64,000 nucleotides of DNA from Clostridiales bacterium (GTDB lineage Bacteria > Bacillota > Clostridia > Oscillospirales > Oscillospiraceae), in NCBI GenBank assembly GCA_020860385.1, contig JAJBUK010000066.1, forward strand, positions 75 through 64,074, written 5' to 3'. The notes beneath the pieces are model-generated. The model worked only from the letters and a program-made list of their open reading frames with translations, had not been told where the DNA came from and did no database searches. A program made the position numbers and the translations under genes. Below are positions 39,018-48,404 of the stretch, piece by piece (position 1 is the first letter of the stretch; the number at the start of each line of letters is the position of its first letter).

Positions 39018-39974
39018 ATGAGTCTGGAAAATAAGCCCTTTAGTCTGGAGGACTATGACAAGCTGGAAGGCTCCCTGCGCTTTGACGCCCCTGCCGAAGG
39101 CGGCGCGCCAGCCATGGAAATGAAAATGGCCGACATCAGCTGGGTCAAACGGAAATTCCTGGACATTCCCTATGCTGACCAGTCCCCGGCCCAACGGCTG
39201 GACCTCTACCTCCCGGAGGAAGGGGAGGGGCCCTTCCCGCTGGTGGTGCATCTCCACGGCGGCGGCTTCGGCATGGGCGATAAGCGGGACGACCATATGG
39301 ACACCTACCTGAAAGGGCTGGCCCACGGCTACGCCATCGCCTCGGTGGAGTACCGCCTCAGCGGCGAGGCCATCTTCCCCGCCGCCGTGCTGGACTGCCG
39401 GGAGGCGTTCCGCTTCCTGCGCAAGCACGCGGCCCAGTACGCCATCGACCCCAACCGCATCTGCGCCCTGGGGGGCAGCGCCGGAGGCAACCTGTCCGCA
39501 CTGATGGGCATGAACATTCCCAACGGCCAGTTCCCAGGCGAGGAGGGCATGACCTTCGATACGGACTGCACCGTGCAGGCCTGCATCGACCAGTTCGGCC
39601 CCATCGACTTCCGCACCATGGACGACCAGGCCAGAGCCAACGGCGTCAGCTTCGTGGATCACGATACGCCCCAGTCTGCCGAGAGCAGCTATATGGGCGG
39701 CGCGTTGCCCGACCTGTCCGACGAGTGGCTGGCCAAGGCAAACCCTGCCACCTACATCAATGAGAACATGGCCCCCATGCTGGTGGAGCATGGCTGTGTG
39801 GATAAGTTGGTGCCCTTTATGCAGAGCGTCAACTTCGTCAACGCCATCTATCAGAAGCTGGGCCAGGGCCGGGTGGAGTTCGTCCCCCTGCCCAACGCCG
39901 ACCATGAGGACAAGGAGTATTCCAGCGAGTGGAATATGAATGTTCTGTGGACATGGCTGGACAAACATCTGTAA
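39018..39974 (+). CDS. alpha/beta hydrolase, HSL/BD-FAE-like carboxylesterase
   Basis: HGGGF oxyanion motif, GGSAGG nucleophile, HGCVDKLVP and ADHE. Confidence 0.88.
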   Translation: MSLENKPFSLEDYDKLEGSLRFDAPAEGGAPAMEMKMADISWVKRKFLDIPYADQSPAQRLDLYLPEEGEGPFPLVVHLHGGGFGMGDKRDDHMDTYLKGLAHGYAIASVEYRLSGEAIFPAAVLDCREAFRFLRKHAAQYAIDPNRICALGGSAGGNLSALMGMNIPNGQFPGEEGMTFDTDCTVQACIDQFGPIDFRTMDDQARANGVSFVDHDTPQSAESSYMGGALPDLSDEWLAKANPATYINENMAPMLVEHGCVDKLVPFMQSVNFVNAIYQKLGQGRVEFVPLPNADHEDKEYSSEWNMNVLWTWLDKHL

Positions 39975-40143
39975 GCTGTACTATAATAAAGAAAGCAGAT
40001 AAAACCGTAAAAAATATGTTTGCGAAGAAGCTATCAATGCTCCTGGCTTTCCTTCCCCTGTCTGAAACCGTCAACACAAAACCCGGAGCCCTACAGGGGC
40101 TCCGGGTGAAACCACATCGTCATCATAAAATGGAGGTAACGCA

Positions 40144-41883
40144 ATGAAAGAAATGATCCCCATCATCAACAAAACCCTGGAGCTGACAGAGGTGCAGAAC
40201 CAGTGGTTCTTTGACGACACCTATCAGTGCTGGTGCCTGGAGGACGTGCTGTATACCCTGAAGGCTACCACACCCAAGTTCCAGCGGCTCAGCATCTTTG
40301 TCCCCGCCCCCTACATGAAGGAGGGCGGCGTCATTGACCCGACCGACACCATGAACGGCTACACCGCCGCCACCGCCCCCGTCATCCTGAACAACAACTC
40401 TGCCGGTTATATGCAGATGCCCCATATGTGGCTGGGCGGCCCCCGCTGCTTCGGCCCCCAGTATCTGGAGCGGGGCTTCGTCTACGTCACCTGCGGCAAC
40501 CGGGGTCACGAGTCCAGGGACGAGAACGGCACCCTCTGCGGCAAGGCCCCCATCAACCTGGTGGACCTGAAAATGGTCATCCGCTTCCTGCGGCACAACG
40601 CTGCGTCTCTGCCCGGCGACCTGGAGAAGATCATCTCCGTGGGTTGGAGCGCAGGCGGAGCCATGTCCACCCTGCTGGCCGTCACCGGCAACAGCAAGAA
40701 CTATGACGCCTACCTGGAGGAAGCCGGGGCGTTTATGGACGAGCGGGACGATGTGTACGCCGCCCAAATCTACTGCCCTATCATCGACCTGGAGCACGCC
40801 GACCTGGCCTATGAGTGGATGTTCTCTGCCGATAAGGAGAACGAGCCCTCCCCGGCTGGCCCTGCCGGCACCATGACCCCCTTCCAGGAGGCTCTGTCCG
40901 GTAAGCTGAAGGATGCCTATATTCAGTACTTCAACGGCCTGGGACTGCGCCACCCCGACACCGGTGCGGCTATCACCCTGAACCCGGATGGCCGGAGCGG
41001 CAGCGCCTATGACTACCTGATGGAGCAGCTGAACGCCTCCGCCACCAAGTACCTGACCAAGCTGGGCAAGGGCGAGCTGCCGGAGCAGTACAGCCCGGAG
41101 GATTACCTGAGCGGGAACTACACTTACGAGGCCTCAGCCCCCATGGGCGGCGACGACAAGGAGCCGGACGATGCCGACCTGATGCAGGGCCATGCCGGGC
41201 CCGGCGTTGCCCTGAACAAGCCGCCTGCGGGCGGCCCGGAAGGGGCGCAGCCTGCGGAGTTTTCCCTGGGCGATATGCTGAGCCGCCCGCCCAAGGGCGT
41301 GCCTGCGCCGCCTCCCTTTGCCCCCGCCACCGTCACGCTCCAGGGCAAGGACAAGACCGCCTGGCTCTCCTGGGACGGGCAGCAGGCTGCCATCTCCGAC
41401 CTGGACAGCTATGTGCTGAACCATCGCCGCCGCATGAAGCCCTGCACCGCCTTTGACACGCTGAACTGCGACAGCGGCGAGAACAAGGTGTACGGCTCTG
41501 CTACGCAGCCCACCTTCCACTTTGACGAAGCCGTTGCCCCGGCCATTGCCGCCCTGGAGCAGCAGTTCCCGGAGGAGTACGAACGCTACTATGCCGCCTA
41601 CGCAACGGACGTTCAGGACGAAGCTTTGGCCCAGCGGAAGTACCTCAACAACCCAATGAACTACATCGGCACTGCGGAAGCCTGCGACCAGGCCAAGTTC
41701 TACCGCATCCGTGTAGGTGCCAGCGATGCGGACACTTCCTTCTCCATCGGTATGACGCTGGCGTTGAAGCTGGCCAACGCCGGAAAGCCGGTAGACTACG
41801 CTCTGGTGTGGGACCAGCCCCACTGCGAGGCGGACTACGCCGGTGAGGTCTGCGACTGGATCGAATCGGTCTGTGACCGGTAA
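40144..41883 (+). CDS. Subtype A tannase (TanA)-like esterase without a signal peptide
   Basis: GKAPINLVDLK..IRFLRHN, GWSAGG, DLEHADLAYEW and IRVGASDADTS...WDQPH. Confidence 0.72.
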   Translation: MKEMIPIINKTLELTEVQNQWFFDDTYQCWCLEDVLYTLKATTPKFQRLSIFVPAPYMKEGGVIDPTDTMNGYTAATAPVILNNNSAGYMQMPHMWLGGPRCFGPQYLERGFVYVTCGNRGHESRDENGTLCGKAPINLVDLKMVIRFLRHNAASLPGDLEKIISVGWSAGGAMSTLLAVTGNSKNYDAYLEEAGAFMDERDDVYAAQIYCPIIDLEHADLAYEWMFSADKENEPSPAGPAGTMTPFQEALSGKLKDAYIQYFNGLGLRHPDTGAAITLNPDGRSGSAYDYLMEQLNASATKYLTKLGKGELPEQYSPEDYLSGNYTYEASAPMGGDDKEPDDADLMQGHAGPGVALNKPPAGGPEGAQPAEFSLGDMLSRPPKGVPAPPPFAPATVTLQGKDKTAWLSWDGQQAAISDLDSYVLNHRRRMKPCTAFDTLNCDSGENKVYGSATQPTFHFDEAVAPAIAALEQQFPEEYERYYAAYATDVQDEALAQRKYLNNPMNYIGTAEACDQAKFYRIRVGASDADTSFSIGMTLALKLANAGKPVDYALVWDQPHCEADYAGEVCDWIESVCDR

Positions 41884-41905
41884 TGGATAACCGGTGGCGC
41901 GGAGG

Positions 41906-42757
41906 TCACTCCTCCGCGCCCTTCTGGGTCAGCGCCGCCTGATACAGTTCGTTCTTCGGCAGGCCGCTCTCCTGGGCCACCTGACGGGCGGCGTCTTTGA
42001 GCCGCAGCCCCTGGGTCTCCTGGAGTTGGCGCACCCGTGCGGCGCCCTCCTCCAGGGTGAGGGGGGCGGTCTCCTCCGGGGCCTCAGCCCCCTCGACCAC
42101 CAGCACGAACTCCCCTCTGGGCGGGTTCTCCCGGTACCAGGCGCAGGCTTCCCCTAGAGTAGTGCGCCGCACCTCCTCGTGGAGCTTGGTCAGTTCCCGG
42201 CACAGGGCCACCCGCCGCTGGGGGCCGAAGGTTTCCTGTAGGTCGCTGAGGGTGGCGCAGAGCTTGTGAGGCGCTTCATAAAAAATCATCGTGCGCGTTT
42301 CCCCCCGGAGGGCATCCAGATGTGCCCTCCGGTTCTTTTTGTTCGTCGCCAAAAAGCCCTCAAAGGTGAACCGGCCCGTGGGCAGGCCGGAGACCGCCAG
42401 CGCCGTCACCAGGGCGCAGGGGCCGGGGATGGCCACCACGGGGATACCTGCCTCGGCGCACAGCCGCACCAAATCCTCCCCTGGGTCACTGATGGCCGGG
42501 GTGCCTGCGTCGGTGACCAGGGCGCAGCTCTCGCCCTCCAGCAGCCGGTTTACGATGGCGGGGCCGCTGGTCTCCACATTGTGGCGGTAGTAGCTGACCA
42601 AGGGCTTGCGAATGCCCAGATGGTTCAGCAGTTTCAGGGAGACCCTGGTATCCTCCGCCGCAATGAAGTCCGCCTCGTTCAGCGTGTCCGTTATGCGGCT
42701 GCTGATGTCCCCCAGGTTGCCGATGGGCGTCGGCACCAGGTATAGTGTTCCTGCCAT
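41906..42757 (-). CDS. rsmI: 16S rRNA (cytidine1402-2'-O)-methyltransferase
   Basis: LYLVPTPIGNLGDI, AAEDTR, DAGTPAISDPG, FYEAPH and RELTKLHEE. Confidence 0.96.
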   Translation of the reverse strand: MAGTLYLVPTPIGNLGDISSRITDTLNEADFIAAEDTRVSLKLLNHLGIRKPLVSYYRHNVETSGPAIVNRLLEGESCALVTDAGTPAISDPGEDLVRLCAEAGIPVVAIPGPCALVTALAVSGLPTGRFTFEGFLATNKKNRRAHLDALRGETRTMIFYEAPHKLCATLSDLQETFGPQRRVALCRELTKLHEEVRRTTLGEACAWYRENPPRGEFVLVVEGAEAPEETAPLTLEEGAARVRQLQETQGLRLKDAARQVAQESGLPKNELYQAALTQKGAEE

Positions 42758-42759
42758 AA

Positions 42760-43425
42760 TTACCCTCCAGTTTGTTCGTTTAGCAGCAAAACCGGCTCCA
42801 CCGTCAGCCCTCTGCCGCCTTGCCGGACACCTTCCACCAGGGCCAGCCGGGGCCTGTGGCCGGGGCTGGATTGCACCAGCTGCAATCGCTTCGGCTCGAT
42901 GGATGCCCCCCGCATGGCTTCAAACAAATCCGCCAGCCGTTCCGGGCGGAGGCAGACCGCCAGCCGCCCGCCGGTTTTCAGCCGCTTTCCCGCTGCCAAA
43001 CACAGCTCCGGCAGCGTGCAGCATAGCTCCGCCCGGGCCATGCCTCGGCTCCCTTGGGCCACATAGCCCGTCTCCGGGGCAAAGTAGGGCGGATTGGAGA
43101 CGGCCAGGTCATAGTGCCCCTCCGTCAGCCAGCCCGGCTCCCGCAGGTCGCCCTGGATAACCGTTCCGGGCAGACCGTTCGCCCGGAGGTTCTCCCGGGC
43201 CAAATCAGCCGCTTCCGGGACGCACTCAATGCCGTCCAGCGTCAGGCCGTCAGCCCGATCCGCCAGCAGCAGAGGCAGCACCCCTACGCCGCAGCCCAGA
43301 TCCAGCACCCGCCAGCCCGGGCGGAGGGTGGCGAACCGGGCCAGGCGCACCGAATCTGTTCCCAGCTTCGGCAGGCCGTCCCGCTGGCGCAGGGTGTAGC
43401 GGCCCAGACGCTCCACCGTTTCCAT
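42760..43425 (-). CDS. tRNA1(Val) (adenine37-N6)-methyltransferase-like (YabB/TrmN6)
   Basis: GTDSVRL, VLDLGCGVG and SNPPYF; upstream of rsmI; start at 43425 with a GGGGAG RBS. Confidence 0.85.
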   Translation of the reverse strand: METVERLGRYTLRQRDGLPKLGTDSVRLARFATLRPGWRVLDLGCGVGVLPLLLADRADGLTLDGIECVPEAADLARENLRANGLPGTVIQGDLREPGWLTEGHYDLAVSNPPYFAPETGYVAQGSRGMARAELCCTLPELCLAAGKRLKTGGRLAVCLRPERLADLFEAMRGASIEPKRLQLVQSSPGHRPRLALVEGVRQGGRGLTVEPVLLLNEQTGG

Positions 43426-43516
43426 AGATGTACTCCCCCCTGTCTGATACTTCATTGGCCTCCATTGTAGCATATGGGCGGGACTTTTTCCACCGCTTTT
43501 TTCCCGGTCGCCAGGG

Positions 43517-43545
43517 TTGCCACCCCCCGGCGGCTGTGTTATACT
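43517..43545 (+). promoter_or_regulatory. luxS operon promoter
   Basis: TTGCCA-N17-TATACT with an extended TG. Confidence 0.6.
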
Positions 43546-43578
43546 GAGTGTAATACTTATCAAAGGAGCGCCTTTTCC

Positions 43579-44049
43579 ATGTCTATAGACCGCATTGCCA
43601 GCTTCACCGTTGACCATGACCTGCTGAAGCCGGGCATTTACATCTCCCGCATCGACGGGGATGTTGTCACCTACGACCTGCGCACCTGCACCCCCAACGC
43701 CGGGGTGTATATGGATAACTGCACCATGCACTCGGTGGAGCATATGTTCGCCACCTTCATCCGGAACTCCGAGATCGCCCCCGCTGTGCTGTACTTCGGC
43801 CCCATGGGGTGCCAGACTGGATTCTACCTGCTGGTGCGCAGCAGCGTCAGTAAAGAGCGGGTATTACAGGCCGTGCTGGATACCCTGCAACAGATTTTGG
43901 ACTACGACGGCCCCGTATTCGGCGCGTCCCGGAAGGAGTGCGGCAACTACCGCAACCTGGATTTGCAGTCCGCCAAGACCCTGTGCCGCAGTTATCTGAA
44001 TACGCTGCACGCCGCCCAGCCCATCGACTTTCAATATCAGAAGGAGTGA
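43579..44049 (+). CDS. luxS: S-ribosylhomocysteine lyase
   Basis: SFTVDH, HSVEH, PMGCQTGFY and ECGNY motifs. Confidence 0.93.
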   Translation: MSIDRIASFTVDHDLLKPGIYISRIDGDVVTYDLRTCTPNAGVYMDNCTMHSVEHMFATFIRNSEIAPAVLYFGPMGCQTGFYLLVRSSVSKERVLQAVLDTLQQILDYDGPVFGASRKECGNYRNLDLQSAKTLCRSYLNTLHAAQPIDFQYQKE

Positions 44050-44055
44050 CCCATC

Positions 44056-44742
44056 ATGATTGGTATCATCGGCGCAATGCAAATTGAAATCGACGGCCTC
44101 CGCGCTATGCTGGAAGCCCCCGCCACCCGTACCATCAGCGGCATCGAATACACCAGCGGAAGTCTTCACGGGGTGGACGTGGTGATGGCGGTCTGCGGCA
44201 TCGGCAAAGTGTTTGCCGCCATCTGCGCCCAGACGATGGTTTTAAGCTATCCGGTGGACGCCGTTATCAACACCGGCGTGGCGGGTACCCTTTCCCCCAA
44301 CATCGGGATTCAGGACATCGCCATCGCCTCCGACCTGGTGCAGCACGATATGGACACCTCTGCCATCGGCGACCCGCCCGGCCTGCTGTCCGGCATCAAC
44401 GTCATTCATCTGCCCTGCCAGCCCAAGCTGGTTTCTCTGGCGGAGGAAATTGCGGCGGAGCAGGGCTTCCACACCGAGACGGGCACCATCGCCAGCGGCG
44501 ACCAGTTTGTCCACACCGACGGGGAGAAGGAGCGCATCCGCACCGTCTTCGGTGGCATCGCCGCCGAGATGGAGGGAGGCAGCATCGCCCAGGTGTGCTA
44601 TGTGAACCGGGTGCCCTGCGTGGTGATTCGGGCCATCTCCGACGATGCCTCCGGCAATTCCCCGGCAGACTACAGCCAGTTTGCCGCCAAAGCGGCGGAG
44701 CGCTCTATCCAGCTGGTCTCCCAGCTGGTGCGGCGCTACTGA
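44056..44742 (+). CDS. mtnN: 5'-methylthioadenosine/S-adenosylhomocysteine nucleosidase
   Basis: IGIIGAM..E, GIGKV, NTGVAG, SGDQF, EMEG and RAISD motifs. Confidence 0.93.
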   Translation: MIGIIGAMQIEIDGLRAMLEAPATRTISGIEYTSGSLHGVDVVMAVCGIGKVFAAICAQTMVLSYPVDAVINTGVAGTLSPNIGIQDIAIASDLVQHDMDTSAIGDPPGLLSGINVIHLPCQPKLVSLAEEIAAEQGFHTETGTIASGDQFVHTDGEKERIRTVFGGIAAEMEGGSIAQVCYVNRVPCVVIRAISDDASGNSPADYSQFAAKAAERSIQLVSQLVRRY

Positions 44743-44759
44743 CACCGGAAAGGGTGGCA

Positions 44760-45794
44760 ATGATGGAACGCAGAAAATGGCTCACCGAGATTCCCAAGGT
44801 GGAGCTGCACTGTCACCTAGACGGCAGCCTGCCGCCGGAGGCCATGACGGACTACCTGACCCGGACAGGCCGCGTCCCAGCAGGGGAGAGGCTCCGGTAC
44901 TCCGTTCCGGCGGACTGCACCAGCCTGGCGGACTACCTGACCTGCTTTGACCTGCCCCTGCTGTGCCTGCAAACAGAGGACAGCATTGCGGACTTTGTCG
45001 CTGCCGTCCTGCGGGAGGCGGTGCGGGAGCGGGTGTTCTACCTGGAGCTGCGGTTTGCCCCCATGTTCTCCCAGGAGGAGGGGCTGACGCTGGAGCGGGT
45101 TTTTGCCGCTGTCCAGCGGGGCAGGGAGATTGGAACGGCGGAGACCGGCGTCCGCTGCGGTTTCCTGGCCTGCGCCATGCGGAACCTCACGCTGGCTCAA
45201 AATCTGGAGATGCTGGAGGAGGCCGCCCGATGGTACCCTGACCTGATTTGCGGGCTGGATCTGGCCGGGGACGAGGCAGCGCACCCCACCCGGGAGCAGG
45301 AGCAGCTGTTCCGCCGGGCCAGAGAACTGGGCATCCCCTTCACCATTCATTCCGGCGAGACGGGCAGCGTGGAGAACCTGGAAGTCGCCCTGTCCTACGG
45401 CGCGGCCCGGGTGGGCCACGGCATCGCCCTGCAAAAATCCCCGGCGCTGCTGCGGGCATATGCAGAGGCGGGCATCGGCGTGGAACTGTGTCCCCTCAGC
45501 AATTTGCAGACCAGGGCGGTACCCGGCTGGGAAGCATATCCCTTCCGGCAGTTCTATGAGGCCGGGCTAACCGTGTCCATCAACACGGACAACCGCACCG
45601 TCAGCGGCACCACCCTGACGGAGGAACTGGAGCGGCTCTGCGTTCACTGCGGACTGACTCCGGCGGAGGTTCCGGCGCTGCTCCGGAACGCCAACCGCTG
45701 CTCCTTTGCCCCGGCCCAGGTAAAAGCCGACTATGAGGCGGCGTTAAAGGCATTTTTGCGGCGGAATCCACCGGAGGAGGTCACTATACCATGA
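44760..45794 (+). CDS. add: Adenosine deaminase
   Basis: ELHCHLDGS, DLAGDE, HSGE, GHG, ELCPLSN and NTDN motifs. Confidence 0.9.
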   Translation: MMERRKWLTEIPKVELHCHLDGSLPPEAMTDYLTRTGRVPAGERLRYSVPADCTSLADYLTCFDLPLLCLQTEDSIADFVAAVLREAVRERVFYLELRFAPMFSQEEGLTLERVFAAVQRGREIGTAETGVRCGFLACAMRNLTLAQNLEMLEEAARWYPDLICGLDLAGDEAAHPTREQEQLFRRARELGIPFTIHSGETGSVENLEVALSYGAARVGHGIALQKSPALLRAYAEAGIGVELCPLSNLQTRAVPGWEAYPFRQFYEAGLTVSINTDNRTVSGTTLTEELERLCVHCGLTPAEVPALLRNANRCSFAPAQVKADYEAALKAFLRRNPPEEVTIP

Positions 45795-46261
45795 GAAGAA
45801 GCGACCGGGCCGTCACCGACCCCCAGAAAATCGACACTATCATTCAGTCCTGCGACTGCTGCCGTCTGGCCTTCGCCACCGGCGGCGCGCCGTATATCGT
45901 TCCCCTGAATTTTGGCTTTGCCTGGGAGGATGGCGTGCGTGTCTTTTACTTTCACAGCGCTACAGAGGGGCGAAAGCTGGAGCTGCTGCGGGAAAGCCCT
46001 GTGGTGGGCTTTGAGCTGGACGCCAACCATCGCCTGAACGCCGGGGATACCGGCTGCCAGTATTCCTACCGCTTTCGAAGCGTCATCGGCACAGGCCAGG
46101 CGGCGCTGGTAGAAGATGCGGAAGGAAAACGGCAGGCGCTGACCCTGCTGCTGGCCCATTATACCGGCCGGAGCGACTGGGCCTTCCCTGACGCCGCGCT
46201 GGAGCAGGTGGCGGTCTGGCGGATGGAGGTGCTGACCCTTTCCTGCAAGGAGCATCTCTGA
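45791..46261 (+). CDS. Pyridoxamine 5'-phosphate oxidase-like flavin-binding protein (NimA-like)
   Basis: PYIVPLNFG, YFHSATEGRK and FRSVIGTG motifs. Confidence 0.85.
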   Translation: MRRSDRAVTDPQKIDTIIQSCDCCRLAFATGGAPYIVPLNFGFAWEDGVRVFYFHSATEGRKLELLRESPVVGFELDANHRLNAGDTGCQYSYRFRSVIGTGQAALVEDAEGKRQALTLLLAHYTGRSDWAFPDAALEQVAVWRMEVLTLSCKEHL

Positions 46262-46293
46262 AATCGGAGAATAGAATTGACTTCCCAAACGCT

Positions 46294-46333
46294 GCACAGG
46301 AGCAGGAATCCGACCGGATTCCTGCTCCTGTGC
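46294..46333. terminator. Perfect 18-bp hairpin after the luxS operon
   Basis: GCACAGGAGCAGGAATCC-gacc-GGATTCCTGCTCCTGTGC. Confidence 0.7.
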
Positions 46334-46369
46334 GTTACTCTAAATTTCGTTTAATTCACATATTTGCGC

Positions 46370-46398
46370 TTGACACATACTCCTGAGCCTTGTATAAT
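46370..46398 (+). promoter_or_regulatory. Perfect-consensus sigma-A promoter of the Zn-ribbon/SPFH operon
   Basis: TTGACA-N17-TATAAT. Confidence 0.85.
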
Positions 46399-46451
46399 AT
46401 TTACAGATTTTGAATTATTTTGCAGCATTGCGTCGAAAGAAGGTTTGTTCC

Positions 46452-47045
46452 ATGGCTTATCAGGCGGTCTCCACCAAATGCCCCAACTGCGGCACGCCCG
46501 TTGATATTGACAATCCCGTTTGTGAATCCTGCGGCACAAAGCTGTATATCACCAATTATGATACGTTTTTCAATATGCCGCAGCAGCTGGCTCAAAACTA
46601 TGCCAACGCCTATCGTGAGCCTCTGGCGGCGCGGCCAAATGACGGCCAGCTGAACCTTTCCGCCGCCATGTGCTTTCTGAGGCTGCACCTTTACGACCAG
46701 GCGGAGAAAGCCTTTGAGCGTGCCATGACGGATGATATGAACAATCCGGAGCTTTACTTCTATGCGGCGGTTGCCCTGTTGAAGGGGCAGCGGCCCTTCC
46801 TGGCGGGACGGGCGGCCATCCTCAAAATTGAGGAATACGTCAATGCGGCGCTGATGATTCATCCGCGGGGCATCTATTATTATTTCTTTTCATATGTAAA
46901 ATACGACTTTTATTTCAACAAGCATCTGCGCACATCCCCCACTTATCAGGAAACGCTGCAAGCTGCGCTGAGGGCGGGCCTTACTACCCGAGAGGTCCAG
47001 CAGCTGTATGCAACGCTGGGCACCGCGAAGCCGGCCTGCCTGTAG
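46452..47045 (+). CDS. Zn-ribbon + TPR protein
   Basis: CPNCG..CESCG, then TPR-like AMCFLRLHLYDQAEKAFERAMTDDMNNPELYFYAAVALL. Confidence 0.75.
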   Translation: MAYQAVSTKCPNCGTPVDIDNPVCESCGTKLYITNYDTFFNMPQQLAQNYANAYREPLAARPNDGQLNLSAAMCFLRLHLYDQAEKAFERAMTDDMNNPELYFYAAVALLKGQRPFLAGRAAILKIEEYVNAALMIHPRGIYYYFFSYVKYDFYFNKHLRTSPTYQETLQAALRAGLTTREVQQLYATLGTAKPACL

Positions 47046-47163
47046 TCCTGTCGAAGTCCGCCAAATGGAGAGGGGCGGCATAATATCATCAGAAGGGCTG
47101 TTCTCCCGCCGCAGCGCGCGGCGGCCCGGCCTTTTTGAAATAAAATGAGAGAGAGGAAACATC

Positions 47164-48288
47164 ATGAACTGTCCTAACTGCGGAGCTACCCTGGAAAAGG
47201 ATGCCAGATTCTGCGTTGTCTGCGGGAATCCGGTACCTGAGGAGACCCCGGCGCAGGTCGGCGGAAGCTATACCCCCGGCGCTGATGCATCCACAACCTA
47301 CACCCCGGGAGGCTCTGGCTCCTACACCCCCGGCGGTTCGAGCGGCTACACCCCGGGAGGTTCGGGCACCTATACCCCTGGCGGAGCGAGCGGCTACACC
47401 CCGGGAGGTTCGAGTTCCTACACCCCCGGTGGTTCGAACGGCTACACCCCTGGCGGGTCTGGGAACTTTGGCGGCCCCGGCTACGGCTCCAATGTAGACC
47501 CTGATAATATACGGGAATACTTTTTTGGCCGTACATCCCGATTGCCCGCCATCCTGATTGTCGGTGGAGCTATCTTCTTTTGGACCGGTATTGGGCTGCT
47601 TGTGGCTCTGGTTGGCGTGGTTTTGTACTTTGTGTTCAAGTTCAACGGCTTCCCTTATGAGGATGAAGTGGACACAGCATGGAAAGAGCAAAAGGCTGTT
47701 ATGCACAAGCGGGGGCTGGAGAAGCTGAACCTGGTGCAGGAACAGATGAGCCTAATCAAACCGCTGGTATTAGTCGGCTTTGGCAAGTCTCCGGACAGCA
47801 GTTTTGCCACCGCCCAGGAGCAGGTTGCCAAGCAGAAGCAGAAGCAGAGCGGCTTCTTTGCCGCTCTGGGCGGATTGTTCAGCAGGAATAAGAAAAACGG
47901 AACAGAATACGACCCCGTTTTCGCCAGAAAAGTTGGGTCAGACGGCAGGACCCGCTCCCTGCTCCAGGAGGTCACCGTCTATGCCTTTACAGAGAATCAG
48001 GTTATGATGTATTCCGGCGACGTGGACATTTCCACCGGCCTTGTTTACAATGAGTATACGGCGGAATGCTTCTATGAGGATATTGAGGGCATTCAGCTCA
48101 GCGAATCTCTGTACAAGATTTTTAACACAAAGAAGCGCCGCTATGAGAATCGGCTCACTAACCAGTTCGTCTTATATCTGGGCGGCTGCAACTTCCCGTG
48201 CAGCGTGAACAGCGAAGTGGACTCCACGGTTGGAGAGGGCCAGTTCGCCGCCATGCGGAGCCTGATTCGGGAGAAGAAGAACGGCTGA
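47164..48288 (+). CDS. Zn-ribbon + YTPGG-repeat + TM-hairpin membrane protein
   Basis: CPNCG..CVVCG, 8-aa repeats, two TM helices, C-terminal soluble domain. Confidence 0.8.
   Translation: MNCPNCGATLEKDARFCVVCGNPVPEETPAQVGGSYTPGADASTTYTPGGSGSYTPGGSSGYTPGGSGTYTPGGASGYTPGGSSSYTPGGSNGYTPGGSGNFGGPGYGSNVDPDNIREYFFGRTSRLPAILIVGGAIFFWTGIGLLVALVGVVLYFVFKFNGFPYEDEVDTAWKEQKAVMHKRGLEKLNLVQEQMSLIKPLVLVGFGKSPDSSFATAQEQVAKQKQKQSGFFAALGGLFSRNKKNGTEYDPVFARKVGSDGRTRSLLQEVTVYAFTENQVMMYSGDVDISTGLVYNEYTAECFYEDIEGIQLSESLYKIFNTKKRRYENRLTNQFVLYLGGCNFPCSVNSEVDSTVGEGQFAAMRSLIREKKNG
47269..47460 (+). repeat. Degenerate 24-nt coding tandem repeat, (YTPGGxxx) about x8
   Basis: TA[CT]ACCCC[CGT]GG units at mostly 24-nt spacing. 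Confidence 0.9.
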
Positions 48289-48404
48289 GTGAAAGAAAAG
48301 CTTCCGTGAGCCTGTGCTCCACCGCCCTGTGCCGCTGCGCGGCGCAGGGCGTAGTGGGGCCAGGCAAATTGTTGTTAAGCTGTTAAAAGGAAAGGGAACC
48401 AGTT

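Noticed and set aside
47269-47460. CRISPR-like periodic repeat
   Set aside because: It is an in-frame degenerate coding repeat without unique spacers; no CRISPR array or cas gene was seen in the window.
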